DNA of 64,000 nt from Candidatus Nanohaloarchaea archaeon (GCA_013343275.1 CP046106.1:480001-544000); one strand, 5' to 3'. Shown: positions 9,984-19,257, counted from the stretch's first letter. Notes: generated from the letters alone by a model not told the origin. Numbers and translations are program-made.

Positions 9984-11306
9984 ATGAAAGTTTACACACT
10001 TGGCGGTTATGAAGAAGTTGGAAAGAACATGACTGCCGTTGAAGTTGACGGAGAAGTAGTTATATTCGACATGGGTTATGATATGGAGAGCGTTGTCTCT
10101 TCTGAAGGCCAGGTCGATGAGATGACCACAAATCAGAGTCTAGATATTGGTGCAGTCCCTGAGGACGAACCAGTTCTGGATAAAAACGTTGTAGGAATTG
10201 TAATTGGTCACGGACACCTTGACCACGTTGGCGGCATTCCAAAGCTCGCCGGCAGTCACGACTGTCCTATCTACTGTACTCCATACACAGGTAAAATCGT
10301 AGAAAGAATGATCGAAGACGATCGCAAGAATGTCGACAACCAGTTGATTACACTGGACAAGGGAGAGGAAATGGAGATCTCAGGCAAGTTCACACTTGAA
10401 TTTGCTCACGTCAACCACTCAATCCCTGACGCAACACTATCTCTACTGGACACTCCAGAAGGATACGTTGTGTACGGTAACGACATGAAGATCGACAGAA
10501 GTCCAGTCATCGAGGAGACAACCGATGTCGAGAGACTGAAAGAAGTCGGAGAAGAGGGCGTAGAACTAATGATTCCAGGAACCACACGAGTAGACGAACC
10601 TGGACGGGCCCGTTCCGAGAAATCTGTTGAAGTAGAGCTCGAAGACGTACTGAACTCCTGCTACCAGGCAGGCGGAGCAGTAATCATGTCCACCTTCTCC
10701 AGCCAGATCAGCAGGCTGAACTCAATCATCGAGGCTAACAACGGACGCAGAAAGATCGCGTTTGTAGGAAGAAGCCTCAAGGAATACGTCGAGTCAGCAG
10801 AGGAACTAGGCCTTATCGACACAGGCCAGATTGAGGTAGTTTCCTACTTCGACGAATGTGACGAACTTATGAGCCGTGTTGACGGCGAGAGAAATGAGTG
10901 GCTTGTCGTTGCGACAGGAAACCAGGGAGAGAAAGGCGCACAGCTCGACAAGATCGCATCCGGAACATACGGATTCGACTTCGAGGAAGGCGACCACGTA
11001 ATCTTCTCCTCACAGGTAATTCCTTCACCAGTCAACGAAGCCAACCGCTACGAACTGGAGAAGAAGATGGAGGAGAAAGGAGTCAGAATCTATCCTGGTA
11101 TCCACACCACCGGCCACGCCCACAAGGAAGATCACAGAGACTTCATCCACTTCCTCCAGCCTAACAACATCATCCCAAGCCACGGAACAATCCAGAAGCT
11201 GGGCGACTACGTAGAACTCGCAAGAGAGGAAGACTACAGTCTAGGCGACGACGTCTTCGTCAGCGAGAACGGGAAGTGCATCGATCTAGAAGAAGCAAGC
11301 CTCTAA
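9984..11306 (+). CDS. rnj: Ribonuclease J (beta-CASP metallo-beta-lactamase)
   Basis: LGGYEEVGKNMT, HGHLDH, HSIPD and HTTGHA motifs; start taken at ATG 9984. Confidence 0.9.
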   Translation: MKVYTLGGYEEVGKNMTAVEVDGEVVIFDMGYDMESVVSSEGQVDEMTTNQSLDIGAVPEDEPVLDKNVVGIVIGHGHLDHVGGIPKLAGSHDCPIYCTPYTGKIVERMIEDDRKNVDNQLITLDKGEEMEISGKFTLEFAHVNHSIPDATLSLLDTPEGYVVYGNDMKIDRSPVIEETTDVERLKEVGEEGVELMIPGTTRVDEPGRARSEKSVEVELEDVLNSCYQAGGAVIMSTFSSQISRLNSIIEANNGRRKIAFVGRSLKEYVESAEELGLIDTGQIEVVSYFDECDELMSRVDGERNEWLVVATGNQGEKGAQLDKIASGTYGFDFEEGDHVIFSSQVIPSPVNEANRYELEKKMEEKGVRIYPGIHTTGHAHKEDHRDFIHFLQPNNIIPSHGTIQKLGDYVELAREEDYSLGDDVFVSENGKCIDLEEASL

Positions 11307-11320
11307 AAATAGAGGCCTTT

Positions 11321-11797
11321 CTACTTCCCCCATTTTACTTTACTTCCTTCTTCAATCGAATAGTTATCAGCAAAACCAGCATTTACTTCTATAACATACT
11401 TTGCAGGCCTCTCGCTGCGGTAAAGCTTTAGATTCTCCTCAGAAGTATTTGGCTGAGGGTATGCTGTTTCAATATTGATAATCTCTCTATCAGAGTTCAG
11501 AAACATCATATCCAGCGGGATATATGTGTTTTTCATCCAGAAAGCTCTAGGAGCTTCCTTCTTGAAGACAAAAAGCATTCCCTGATGCCGGCCCAATTCT
11601 TTCCTGTACATAAGGCCTCTCTCCCTCTCGGAAGAATTATCAGCTATCTCCAGGACAGCCCATGCACCGCTGGAACCTGCAAAACTTGCATTAACTGTCT
11701 CAACAGTGCTGGCATCCTGTTTATCGCCAGTTGATGATACGAGAACCCCTGTAGCTATCAGCGAAAGGCCTATCAAGAAAACTATTTTCCTGTCCAT
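11321..11797 (-). CDS. DUF192 family membrane-anchored protein
   Basis: GLMYR..GMLFVF..FWMKNTYIPLD motif. Confidence 0.88.
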   Translation of the reverse strand: MDRKIVFLIGLSLIATGVLVSSTGDKQDASTVETVNASFAGSSGAWAVLEIADNSSERERGLMYRKELGRHQGMLFVFKKEAPRAFWMKNTYIPLDMMFLNSDREIINIETAYPQPNTSEENLKLYRSERPAKYVIEVNAGFADNYSIEEGSKVKWGK

Positions 11798-11857
11798 AGT
11801 ACCTGTTTCTGACTTCTGGGATAAATAAACTAAATGTAACTCCCACAGAATTCTTTG

Positions 11858-13270
11858 ATGGCCTCAATAATTCTGCCTAACCAGTTGTTTGAGAACCCTG
11901 TTGACGAGAGCAAGAAATACCTTATCGAGCACAGCAGATACTTCACTGACTTCAACTTCCACAAAAAGAAACTGATCCTACACCGGGCTTCAATGAAGGC
12001 CTACGCAGAGAAATTCGACGTCGAATACATAGAATACAACGAAGATATCGCAGAAATTTTCCAGAAAGAAGACAGAATCCGAATGTACGACCCTGTAGAC
12101 CACAAACTCAGGAACCAGTTAGAGGCCTTAGCGGAGAAACACGATACAGAACTGGTTTTCGAGGAGAATTCTGGATTTATGGCCTCCATGGAGTTCAACC
12201 GTGAATACTTCGAGAGCCACGAATACTTCCAATTAAACTACTACAAACGGATGCGGAAAAAGTTCAACGTCCTAGTTGACGAGAATGGAAAGCCTGAAGG
12301 CGGAAAATGGAGCTTCGACCCGGAAAACAGGAAAAAGATGCCGGAAGATATAGAGAAGCCGGAAATACCGCAGTTCTCATCCCAACATGTCGAAGAAGCG
12401 AAGGCCTACATCGAAGAAAACTTTTCGGACAATCCCGGAAAGATTGAAGACTTCTTCTGGCCGGTGACGCGGGAACAGGCCTTGGAGAACCTGGAAGACT
12501 TTCTTGAAAACCGTCTGGAGAAGTTCGGGTATTACCAGGATGCGATCGACTCCGACCTAAAGTTTGGCTTCCACTCACTGCTTTCCTCATCGATCAACAT
12601 TGGGCTGATTACACCGGAGGAAGTTGTCGAGAAGACCCTGGAGGCGCATGAGGAAAATGATTATCCTATGAATTCTCTGGAGGGTTTTCTGCGGCAGATC
12701 ATCGGTTGGAGAGAATTCATCCGGGCGATGTACATGCTGGAGCCAGAGATGCGGGAGGCGAACTTCTGGGACGCGGATAACTCGATGCCTGAGGAGTTTT
12801 ACACCGGTGATACAGGCCTTCCGCCTGTGGATGATTCGATTCAGCATGCTTTGGATGATGCGTACTGCCATCATATCGAGCGGTTGATGGTTTTGGGTAA
12901 CGTGATGCTGTTGCTGGAGATCGATCCTGACGAGGTCTACGACTGGTTCATGGAGATGTTCATCGACTCATACGACTGGGTGATGGTGCCGAACATCTAC
13001 GGCATGAGCCAGTACAGCTGGGAAAACATGATGACCAAACCCTACATCTCCTCCAGTAACTACATCAACAAAATGTCACATTACGAGGGCGGCGAATGGG
13101 AAAACCACTGGGACGGCCTCTACTGGAACTTCATCAACAAGCATGAGGAGAAGATTGGAGATATTCAGCGGATGAGCTTCATGACTTCGACCTTGAACAG
13201 GATGAACGATGAGACCGTCGAGGATCATCTGGAGAATGCAGAAGAATATAAGGAAAGTCTAAATTTTTAG
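11858..13270 (+). CDS. Cryptochrome/photolyase family protein (PhrB/CryB-like (6-4) photolyase clade)
   Basis: HKKKLILHRASM, GGKWSFDPENRK, EGFLRQIIGWREF, HHIERLM and KPYISSSNYI motifs. Confidence 0.9.
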   Translation: MASIILPNQLFENPVDESKKYLIEHSRYFTDFNFHKKKLILHRASMKAYAEKFDVEYIEYNEDIAEIFQKEDRIRMYDPVDHKLRNQLEALAEKHDTELVFEENSGFMASMEFNREYFESHEYFQLNYYKRMRKKFNVLVDENGKPEGGKWSFDPENRKKMPEDIEKPEIPQFSSQHVEEAKAYIEENFSDNPGKIEDFFWPVTREQALENLEDFLENRLEKFGYYQDAIDSDLKFGFHSLLSSSINIGLITPEEVVEKTLEAHEENDYPMNSLEGFLRQIIGWREFIRAMYMLEPEMREANFWDADNSMPEEFYTGDTGLPPVDDSIQHALDDAYCHHIERLMVLGNVMLLLEIDPDEVYDWFMEMFIDSYDWVMVPNIYGMSQYSWENMMTKPYISSSNYINKMSHYEGGEWENHWDGLYWNFINKHEEKIGDIQRMSFMTSTLNRMNDETVEDHLENAEEYKESLNF

Positions 13271-13304
13271 AAAAATACTTAGGATTTAGTGAGGAAGGAT
13301 CATT

Positions 13305-13613
13305 ATGCCACTAGACGCCTTCAAAGACGATGATGTATATTTGTTGGCCTCCTCATTCATCCTAGGTTACGGAATTCTACTAGTCTTAATGGAAGGATAT
13401 CTGCTCGATTTGAGCGATGTAAATATAATTATCCAAAGCACTGCTCTGGGACTATTTTTGACAGCACTAATAGGTTTTCCCGCAAAATTCATCATTGAAG
13501 ATATTCATCACAAAAGTAAGGCAGAGAAAAAGAAGAGTAAGTTTAATGACCTATTCGAAATCTTAAGGCTATTTGGCGGCGCACTTCTCGTAGTATTAGG
13601 GATTATTTTCTAG
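13305..13613 (+). CDS. Hypothetical membrane protein
   Basis: 102 aa with three hydrophobic segments; AT-richer than its neighbours. Confidence 0.6.
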   Translation: MPLDAFKDDDVYLLASSFILGYGILLVLMEGYLLDLSDVNIIIQSTALGLFLTALIGFPAKFIIEDIHHKSKAEKKKSKFNDLFEILRLFGGALLVVLGIIF

Positions 13614-14215
13614 CGTAACTCAAAGATTTCTTCACCCTTTCTTCTCCAGTTTTTGTCTTCTTCCTTCGGGTAGCCGATCGGGAAGATCAGTATAGGCCTT
13701 TCGCTGTCCTTCAAGTCTAGTTTGTTAGATAGTTTGTCTTGGTCGAAGCCTCTTACTGGGCAGCTGCCGATTCTCTGTGTTTTGCATGCGAGCATGAAGA
13801 ATGTGGCAGGTATGACGGTGTTTCTGGTGAGCCAGCCTGTCATGAATTCGCTGCCCCTGTCTTTGTAGTCGGAGTACATTTTACGCAGGTTCTCTGCTTT
13901 CTCCTCGTCGATCCTGCCTTCCTCCAGTTTGTGCTCTAGTACCTGGTCGGCGTTCACATCTATCTCCTCGTCTCCAACCAGGACTACAATCTTGTCGGCG
14001 TATCTCACCCAGCCGTTCACCGGTATCACGGAGCTGGTGGCTTTCTCCATCGCCTCCTCGGAATCCAGAACGATGAACCTGTACGGCTGGAGGTTAAATG
14101 CTGTCGGAGCATTCGTCGTCAGGTCGAAGATCTTCTCCAGTTTTTCCCTTTCTACTTCTTCATCTGTGAACTTCTTAACTGAGGACCAGTTCTCCATCGC
14201 ATCGATCAGATCCAT
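13610..14215 (-). CDS. Nitroreductase family protein
   Basis: APTAFNLQPYRF, GSCPVRGFD and PIGYP motifs. Confidence 0.88.
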   Translation of the reverse strand: MDLIDAMENWSSVKKFTDEEVEREKLEKIFDLTTNAPTAFNLQPYRFIVLDSEEAMEKATSSVIPVNGWVRYADKIVVLVGDEEIDVNADQVLEHKLEEGRIDEEKAENLRKMYSDYKDRGSEFMTGWLTRNTVIPATFFMLACKTQRIGSCPVRGFDQDKLSNKLDLKDSERPILIFPIGYPKEEDKNWRRKGEEIFELR

Positions 14216-14257
14216 TATTCTCGCCGCAGAAAGAAAAGTAAAAAGGATGGTAGGCCT

Positions 14258-14437
14258 TTATTCTGCGTAGTAGGAGCCGAAGAATCCTGAGAGGAAGGAT
14301 GCGAATCCTACTGCGTAGAGCGCCCAGATCAGGTCCTGAGTTGGTACAGCGAATGATGCTGCGTAGGTTGCTACCAGGCTGATGACTAGTGATATAAGGC
14401 CGCTTATCGCATCGTCAGTGTAGTTATCTAGTTCCAT
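14258..14437 (-). CDS. Small two-TM membrane protein (59 aa, below the ORF-track cutoff)
   Basis: Hand translation MELDNYTDDAISGLISLVISLVATYAASFAVPTQDLIWALYAVGFASFLSGFFGSYYAE*; fills the gap between same-strand genes. Confidence 0.6.
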   Translation of the reverse strand: MELDNYTDDAISGLISLVISLVATYAASFAVPTQDLIWALYAVGFASFLSGFFGSYYAE

Positions 14438-14469
14438 GGCAATTTCTGGAGTCTTTTAACTGAAATAGG

Positions 14470-14790
14470 TTATGGTGCACCGACCGCCACAATTGTGCTC
14501 TGTGTGTCGCCGTTAACCAGTTTTCTCTCTTCGTCGGCCGATACCCTGATTGCATCTCCTTCTTCCAGCTGTACTACCTCGTTGTCTACTTCGATAGCTG
14601 CCTGGCCTTCAGTTAGAAGATAGACTTCTTCCTGGCCTTCATCTGCATGGTCATGCTCCATTCCTTCCCAACCAGGTTCTGCATCAATAACAGTTATACC
14701 TAGATTTTCGCAGTCAAGTTCATCTCGCAGGAAATGCAGTGCACCGCCTTCTGCACCTACATTCCGATAGTTTGCCTTAGAATAGCTCAT
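14470..14790 (-). CDS. Cupin domain protein
   Basis: HDH..QEEVYLLTEG cupin motif; start at MSYSK. Confidence 0.85.
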   Translation of the reverse strand: MSYSKANYRNVGAEGGALHFLRDELDCENLGITVIDAEPGWEGMEHDHADEGQEEVYLLTEGQAAIEVDNEVVQLEEGDAIRVSADEERKLVNGDTQSTIVAVGAP

Positions 14791-14891
14791 TGGAGAAAAA
14801 CACCTCACAGAAACACTCCTGCTCCAAACTTAAGGCCTTTTTGGAGAAGAGATTCAGGAATTTTATATTGTCTGAGAACACAATCGTTGAC

Positions 14892-15386
14892 ATGGTTCTG
14901 GAGACTGTTTTACTGGCAACCAGTATTTCTATAGTCAAGGCCTTGGTCTTCCTGGTTTTCGCAGGTATAGCTATCAGGCTCAGCTCCGATATAATTCGGA
15001 AAGCTGCCTCACACAAGTTCTCCGAACCGGTAGTTGTCGATCTTATAACGGATTCAGGCCGTTTTCTGCTGTGGTTCTGGGCTCTTCTTATGACTATGAG
15101 CATCCTCGGGTTCTCCGGGTTAGCAGCCTCTATGGGTACGGCGGCAGGATTCGTGGCACTGGGAGTATCCTTCGCACTGAAGAATGTGATCTCCGATACC
15201 GTGGCAGGAGCCTATCTTGCTCAGGACCCTGACTTCAACTCTGGCGACCGGGTAGAGACCGACGGCAGCGAAGGAGTTATCGAGGACGTAGGCCTCCGGA
15301 AAACCCGTCTACGGCTTGACAACAGCAACCTCAGAGTTCTCAATAATACCGATGTCGAGAAGAAATGGACTTTGCTCGAGGAGTAG
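14892..15386 (+). CDS. Short MscS-family mechanosensitive channel
   Basis: GVSFALKNVISDTVAG..FNSGDRVE..GLRKTRL; no C-terminal vestibule domain. Confidence 0.8.
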   Translation: MVLETVLLATSISIVKALVFLVFAGIAIRLSSDIIRKAASHKFSEPVVVDLITDSGRFLLWFWALLMTMSILGFSGLAASMGTAAGFVALGVSFALKNVISDTVAGAYLAQDPDFNSGDRVETDGSEGVIEDVGLRKTRLRLDNSNLRVLNNTDVEKKWTLLEE

Positions 15387-15437
15387 GTCGGGCCTTACCA
15401 CTTGTTTTATACAAATTTTTCTATCAGAACTGTATTT

Positions 15438-17105
15438 ATGGAATTAGAGGAGATAGCTCGGAAATATGCTTTGAAGAATGCTGTCGAGCACGGCGGCGAA
15501 TGCAACCCTGGAGCAGTTATCGGAAAGATTTTTGCGGAAGAAGACTTTGAGAACAAAGGAGAAGTCACAGAGGCCGCACAGGAAGTATGCCAGGAGGTAA
15601 ACAGTAGGAGTCTTGAAGAGCAGGAATCCGAGCTAGAATCCTTCGAGTTCGAGGAAGAAGAGGAGGAAGAGCATGATCCGATTCCAGATCTGACGAACGC
15701 CGATGAATACGAAGAAATAGTTGTAAGGTTTGCTCCTAACCCGAACGGGCCTCCACACATCGGTCATGCACGTGGAATGACGATCAACGGCGAGCTACGT
15801 GACAAGTACGATGGCAAACTTATTCTAAGGTACGATGATACCGATCCGGTGACTAAGAGGCCTTTGAAAGAGGCCTATGACATGTATGCTGAGGACTACG
15901 AATGGCTGGGATACGAACCTGATGAAGTGCGGTACAGTTCGAAAAACTTTGATACTTACATAGAGTACGCTGAGAAACTGATCGAGATGGGGAAGGCCTA
16001 TGTCTGCAAGTGCTCGCAGGAGGAAGGCCACGAATACCGTGAGAAAGGTGAGGCCTGCCCTCACAGAGATCAGAGCGAAGAGAAGAACATGGAACTATGG
16101 CAGGGCATGAGAAACGGCGATATAGATGAGGGCGAAGCTACCCTTAAGATCAAGACCGATATGCAGCACAAGAACCCTGCGATAAGAGACTTCGTAGCCT
16201 TCAGAATCATCGATGACGCAGAACACCCTATCACCGGTGACAAGTACCGGGTATGGCCTCTGCTGGACTTCCAGGGCGCGATCGAAGACCATGTAATGGG
16301 CACGACCCATATTGTCCGAGGTAAGGAGCTGCGGGCATCGACAAAAAGACAGAAGTTTATCTACGACTACCTTGGCTGGGACTATCCTCACATCCAGTAC
16401 TGGGGCAATGTAAAGATCTCGGGATTCGAAGCTCCTGTAAGCACTTCAACACTTACAGAGATGATGGAGAACGGCGAGCTTGATGGATGGGATGATCCAC
16501 GTGCCCCGACACTTAGAGCGCTGCGGAAGAGAGGATTCCAGCCGGAGGCACTTCAGAACTTCTACATCGAGATGGGAGTCTCCGAGAAAGATATCGAGGC
16601 CAGTACAGAAACACTGGAATCACACAACCGTAAAATTGTAGATGACGGGGCCGAGAGAAGGTTTTTCGTGGAGAATCCTGTAGAGCTGGAGATTTCAGGA
16701 ATTCCAGAAGACATAGAACCTCACATGGCCCGCCACCCTGATCAGGACTGGGGAACGCGGAGCTTCGACCTTGAGAGAGATGACGGCACAGTTACAGTGC
16801 TTGTAGAGGAGAACGACCTTGAAGACGGTTTCCTCAGGTTAAAAGGCCTCTGCAATATCGAAATCCAGGGAGAGACTGCAGAGTACCGAGAGGGAGACCA
16901 TACCGAGGCGCTGGATAGAGATGCCAGCATAGTTCACTGGGTTCCAGCAAGTGCAGAAAAGGCCCGGGTTTTCATGCCGGACGGCAGAGAGATCGAAGGC
17001 CGTATAGAGCCTTCAGAGTACGAGAATGATACGGTCTACCAGTTCGAGAGGTTCGGTTTTGTTAGGTGCGAGGAAGAAGGAGAGTTCTACTTCGCCCACG
17101 AGTAA
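15438..17105 (+). CDS. gltX: Glutamate--tRNA ligase (non-discriminating, archaeal type)
   Basis: RFAPNPNGPPHIGH, DDTDP, GWDDPRAPT and YQFERFGF motifs. Confidence 0.96.
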   Translation: MELEEIARKYALKNAVEHGGECNPGAVIGKIFAEEDFENKGEVTEAAQEVCQEVNSRSLEEQESELESFEFEEEEEEEHDPIPDLTNADEYEEIVVRFAPNPNGPPHIGHARGMTINGELRDKYDGKLILRYDDTDPVTKRPLKEAYDMYAEDYEWLGYEPDEVRYSSKNFDTYIEYAEKLIEMGKAYVCKCSQEEGHEYREKGEACPHRDQSEEKNMELWQGMRNGDIDEGEATLKIKTDMQHKNPAIRDFVAFRIIDDAEHPITGDKYRVWPLLDFQGAIEDHVMGTTHIVRGKELRASTKRQKFIYDYLGWDYPHIQYWGNVKISGFEAPVSTSTLTEMMENGELDGWDDPRAPTLRALRKRGFQPEALQNFYIEMGVSEKDIEASTETLESHNRKIVDDGAERRFFVENPVELEISGIPEDIEPHMARHPDQDWGTRSFDLERDDGTVTVLVEENDLEDGFLRLKGLCNIEIQGETAEYREGDHTEALDRDASIVHWVPASAEKARVFMPDGREIEGRIEPSEYENDTVYQFERFGFVRCEEEGEFYFAHE

Positions 17106-17217
17106 AAGAAGGCCTTTTGACTTGAAAGTAGTATCGGAGGAGAATACAACTTCTCCTCTACAGATTTACTTATTACCCTCCTTCCCTCATTAATGTTCAC
17201 GGGGGAGGTGGATAATT

Positions 17218-17361
17218 CTGAAGACCGAAGTCGACAGGTTAGGCCTCTGCGTTATCTGCGGAGATAGAGTCCACAGCCAGGAAGACTACCTGCAAGCATC
17301 CGAAGGCTACTGTCACCAGAGCTGCGTAAACAATACTCGTATAGTAGAAGCTGAGGCCTAA
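17218..17361 (+). CDS. Putative zinc-binding microprotein (CxxC..HxxC), non-ATG start
   Basis: GGAGGTG SD at 17204-17210, then CTG; frame reads LKTEVDRLGLCVICGDRVHSQEDYLQASEGYCHQSCVNNTRIVEAEA*. Confidence 0.5.
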   Translation: MKTEVDRLGLCVICGDRVHSQEDYLQASEGYCHQSCVNNTRIVEAEA

Positions 17362-17423
17362 CAGCGAAGAAAAAACCACAAACACTTTCTTTTTCTTCTT
17401 TCTTAGACGGCCTTTGAAAAGTA

Positions 17424-17566
17424 TGGGAAAGCCGGGAATCGAACCCGGGACCTCTGCGTATCTCACAAACGAATTGTTTTATTTAATCATCAAGGCCTTC
17501 CGTCGGCCTCTCATTGCTCATAAAGTTGTTATGAGCGCAGCGCTCTAACCGCTGAGCTACTTTCCC
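17424..17566 (-). tRNA. tRNA-Met(CAT), elongator, with a 70 nt intron at position 37/38
   Basis: Full cloverleaf GGGAAAG..CTTTCCC-A, anticodon arm CTGCG-CT-CAT-AA-CGCAG; canonical bulge-helix-bulge (CTCA/TGAG helix, TA|A and AT|A bulges). Confidence 0.92.
17460..17529 (-). ncRNA. tRNA-Met intron, candidate C/D-box guide RNA
   Basis: TTATGAGC is antisense to tRNA positions 31-38, followed by A, a D-like ATGA, an AGGCC/GGCCT stem-loop and C box TGATGA. Confidence 0.6.
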
Positions 17567-17679
17567 AAACTTTGAAGCGAAGTTTGATCACGCTCGGCTC
17601 CAAAGGAACCGACTTCAGAAAGTTCCTGAACGCCACCGTAGGTGGCTTCACGCGTGCCGCACTCCGCGTTAGGAGGCGA
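17566..17679. repeat. Array of GC-rich hairpins filling the tRNA-Val/tRNA-Met spacer
   Basis: CAAACTT/AAGTTTG, TCGGCTCC/GGAACCGA, TTCAG/CTGAA and GCCACC/GGTGGC inverted repeats back to back. Confidence 0.7.
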
Positions 17680-17753
17680 TGGGTTCGCCCGGATTCGAAC
17701 CGGGGATCTCCGCCATGTCAAGGCGGTGTCATAACCAGCTAGACCACGAACCC
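17680..17753 (-). tRNA. tRNA-Val(GAC)
   Basis: GGGTTCG..CGAACCC-A acceptor stem, CCGCC-TT-GAC-AT-GGCGG anticodon arm, GGTTCGAATCC T-loop. Confidence 0.95.
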
Positions 17754-17878
17754 TTAGACGGTTAATTGATGGTTGGGAGTGTACTTTTTTGAATCACTTG
17801 CAGTATTTTGGTTATTGTTTTTCTGGTTAGGCTTAAATAGTTAGGAAGACCATTTCTGGGTAGAGGTAAGAACTGTCG

Positions 17879-18034
17879 ATGAGCGTGGAGTGTGAGAAGT
17901 GCGGTAACGATTTGCAGGTTAATCCTGTTGACAAACCGAACGTGGACTGGATGAAAGTTGTCTGCAGCGAATGTGGTCATGTAGAGAATATTTCGATGAT
18001 CCGGCTTTCTGCTACAGCAACTCAGGAGAGATAA
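17879..18034 (+). CDS. Zinc-ribbon microprotein (two CxxCG motifs, 51 aa)
   Basis: Hand translation MSVECEKCGNDLQVNPVDKPNVDWMKVVCSECGHVENISMIRLSATATQER*; GAGGT upstream. Confidence 0.7.
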   Translation: MSVECEKCGNDLQVNPVDKPNVDWMKVVCSECGHVENISMIRLSATATQER

Positions 18035-18118
18035 CAAAGTAAAAAATCTCTCCACCACCGATTTTCGGTTTTTCGAAGATGTTAAAAGTTCTCAGGCCTT
18101 ATTTTCTGGTAGATAGTT

Positions 18119-18652
18119 ATGGTAAATAAATGGCAAGATTACGAGACAGGGCCTGATGCGCCTGAAGAAATCTATGCAATTGTTGAAAATCCGACCGGAA
18201 CAAAGAACAAGTACGAATACGACAAGGAGAAGGAGTCTGTAGTTCTGGACAGAGTTCTTCACTCCGCAGTACATTATCCAGGAGACTACGGGTTCATCCC
18301 GCAGGCCTACTACGAGGACGGCGATCCAATGGACATCCTAGTCCTCACTACTCACGCCACCTTCCCTGGCTGTGTAATCGAGTGCAGGCCTATTGGAATC
18401 CTGTACATGGATGATGGAGGCGAGCAGGACGACAACATTATCGCAGTTCCAACCGAAGATCCAAGATGGGACGGCGTTGACAGCCTCGACGATCTATCCG
18501 ACCACAAGAAAGAGGAGATTGCAGAGTTCTTCAAGACCTACAAGAACCTCGAACCTAAGAAGCATGTCGAAATCGAGGGATGGGGCGGACAGGACGACGC
18601 ACACGACGCAATCAACCGCTCAATGGAACTCTACAGCGAAAAGTTTGAGTAA
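18119..18652 (+). CDS. ppa: Inorganic pyrophosphatase (family I)
   Basis: KYEYDK, YGFIP and DGDPMD motifs. Confidence 0.96.
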   Translation: MVNKWQDYETGPDAPEEIYAIVENPTGTKNKYEYDKEKESVVLDRVLHSAVHYPGDYGFIPQAYYEDGDPMDILVLTTHATFPGCVIECRPIGILYMDDGGEQDDNIIAVPTEDPRWDGVDSLDDLSDHKKEEIAEFFKTYKNLEPKKHVEIEGWGGQDDAHDAINRSMELYSEKFE

Positions 18653-18689
18653 AAAATTCCCCGGAGGCCTGATAAAGAGGGCCTTCTCT

Positions 18690-19211
18690 TCATTTTCTAT
18701 TTCTTTCTACAAGTACTGCATTTCCTCCTGTTTCTCTGCGTATAGGAGTTACTTTTCCCGCAGTTTCAGTGCTTATATCCAGGGCCAGCTCTTCGACTTC
18801 GGGCAGTTCTCCTCCTGCATCTCTTTCTACTTCCGTCATTAGTGCTGCATCGAGGCCCTCATCTACCTTCCTTGCTATTGACTTGTAGTTCTCTACGGGA
18901 TTGTTTCTGGTGTTTTCCGGGTTGTATCTAAGCACTCCGGGCTTTGGAACCATCAACATTGCGGATTCGGTTCCGAGTTCGCCGCTGTAGTCCCACTCGA
19001 AAACGTTGGATTCTATATCATACTCAGGGCTTTCCTGTCCTGGAACTCCAAGCCAGTAAGGTTCTGACTCCACGCCTTGTTCCTCAAAGCTGTCTGCAGC
19101 ATCGTAAAGCCACTGATTTCTCTCAGTTTGCAGAGACTTGCCTGTAGCTACAACCGCTGTCGAACCATCTTCCTCCAGTCTTTCAGCAACATACTCATAC
19201 AGGCCCGTCAT
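18690..19211 (-). CDS. Hypothetical acidic protein
   Basis: Long acidic ORF downstream of the ABC operon; no recognised motif. Confidence 0.6.
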   Translation of the reverse strand: MTGLYEYVAERLEEDGSTAVVATGKSLQTERNQWLYDAADSFEEQGVESEPYWLGVPGQESPEYDIESNVFEWDYSGELGTESAMLMVPKPGVLRYNPENTRNNPVENYKSIARKVDEGLDAALMTEVERDAGGELPEVEELALDISTETAGKVTPIRRETGGNAVLVERNRK

Positions 19212-19257
19212 ATTTTCGTTACCGCCGATCAACAACTTAACTGTTGTGGTGCGGTTT

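Noticed and set aside
17424-17566. Alternative identity as initiator tRNA-Met or tRNA-Ile2(CAT)
   Set aside because: It has G1-C72 and lacks the three G-C anticodon-stem pairs of initiators; a 37/38 intron fits elongator Met better, though Ile2 is not formally excluded.
17239-18058. Minus-strand ORFs 17239-17466 and 17762-18058
   Set aside because: They overlap tRNA-Met or the plus-strand zinc microproteins and have atypical composition.
18041-18068. AAAAATC..GATTTTCGG resembling the conserved element hairpin
   Set aside because: The loop is longer, and there is no first hairpin or target duplication; too degenerate to count.
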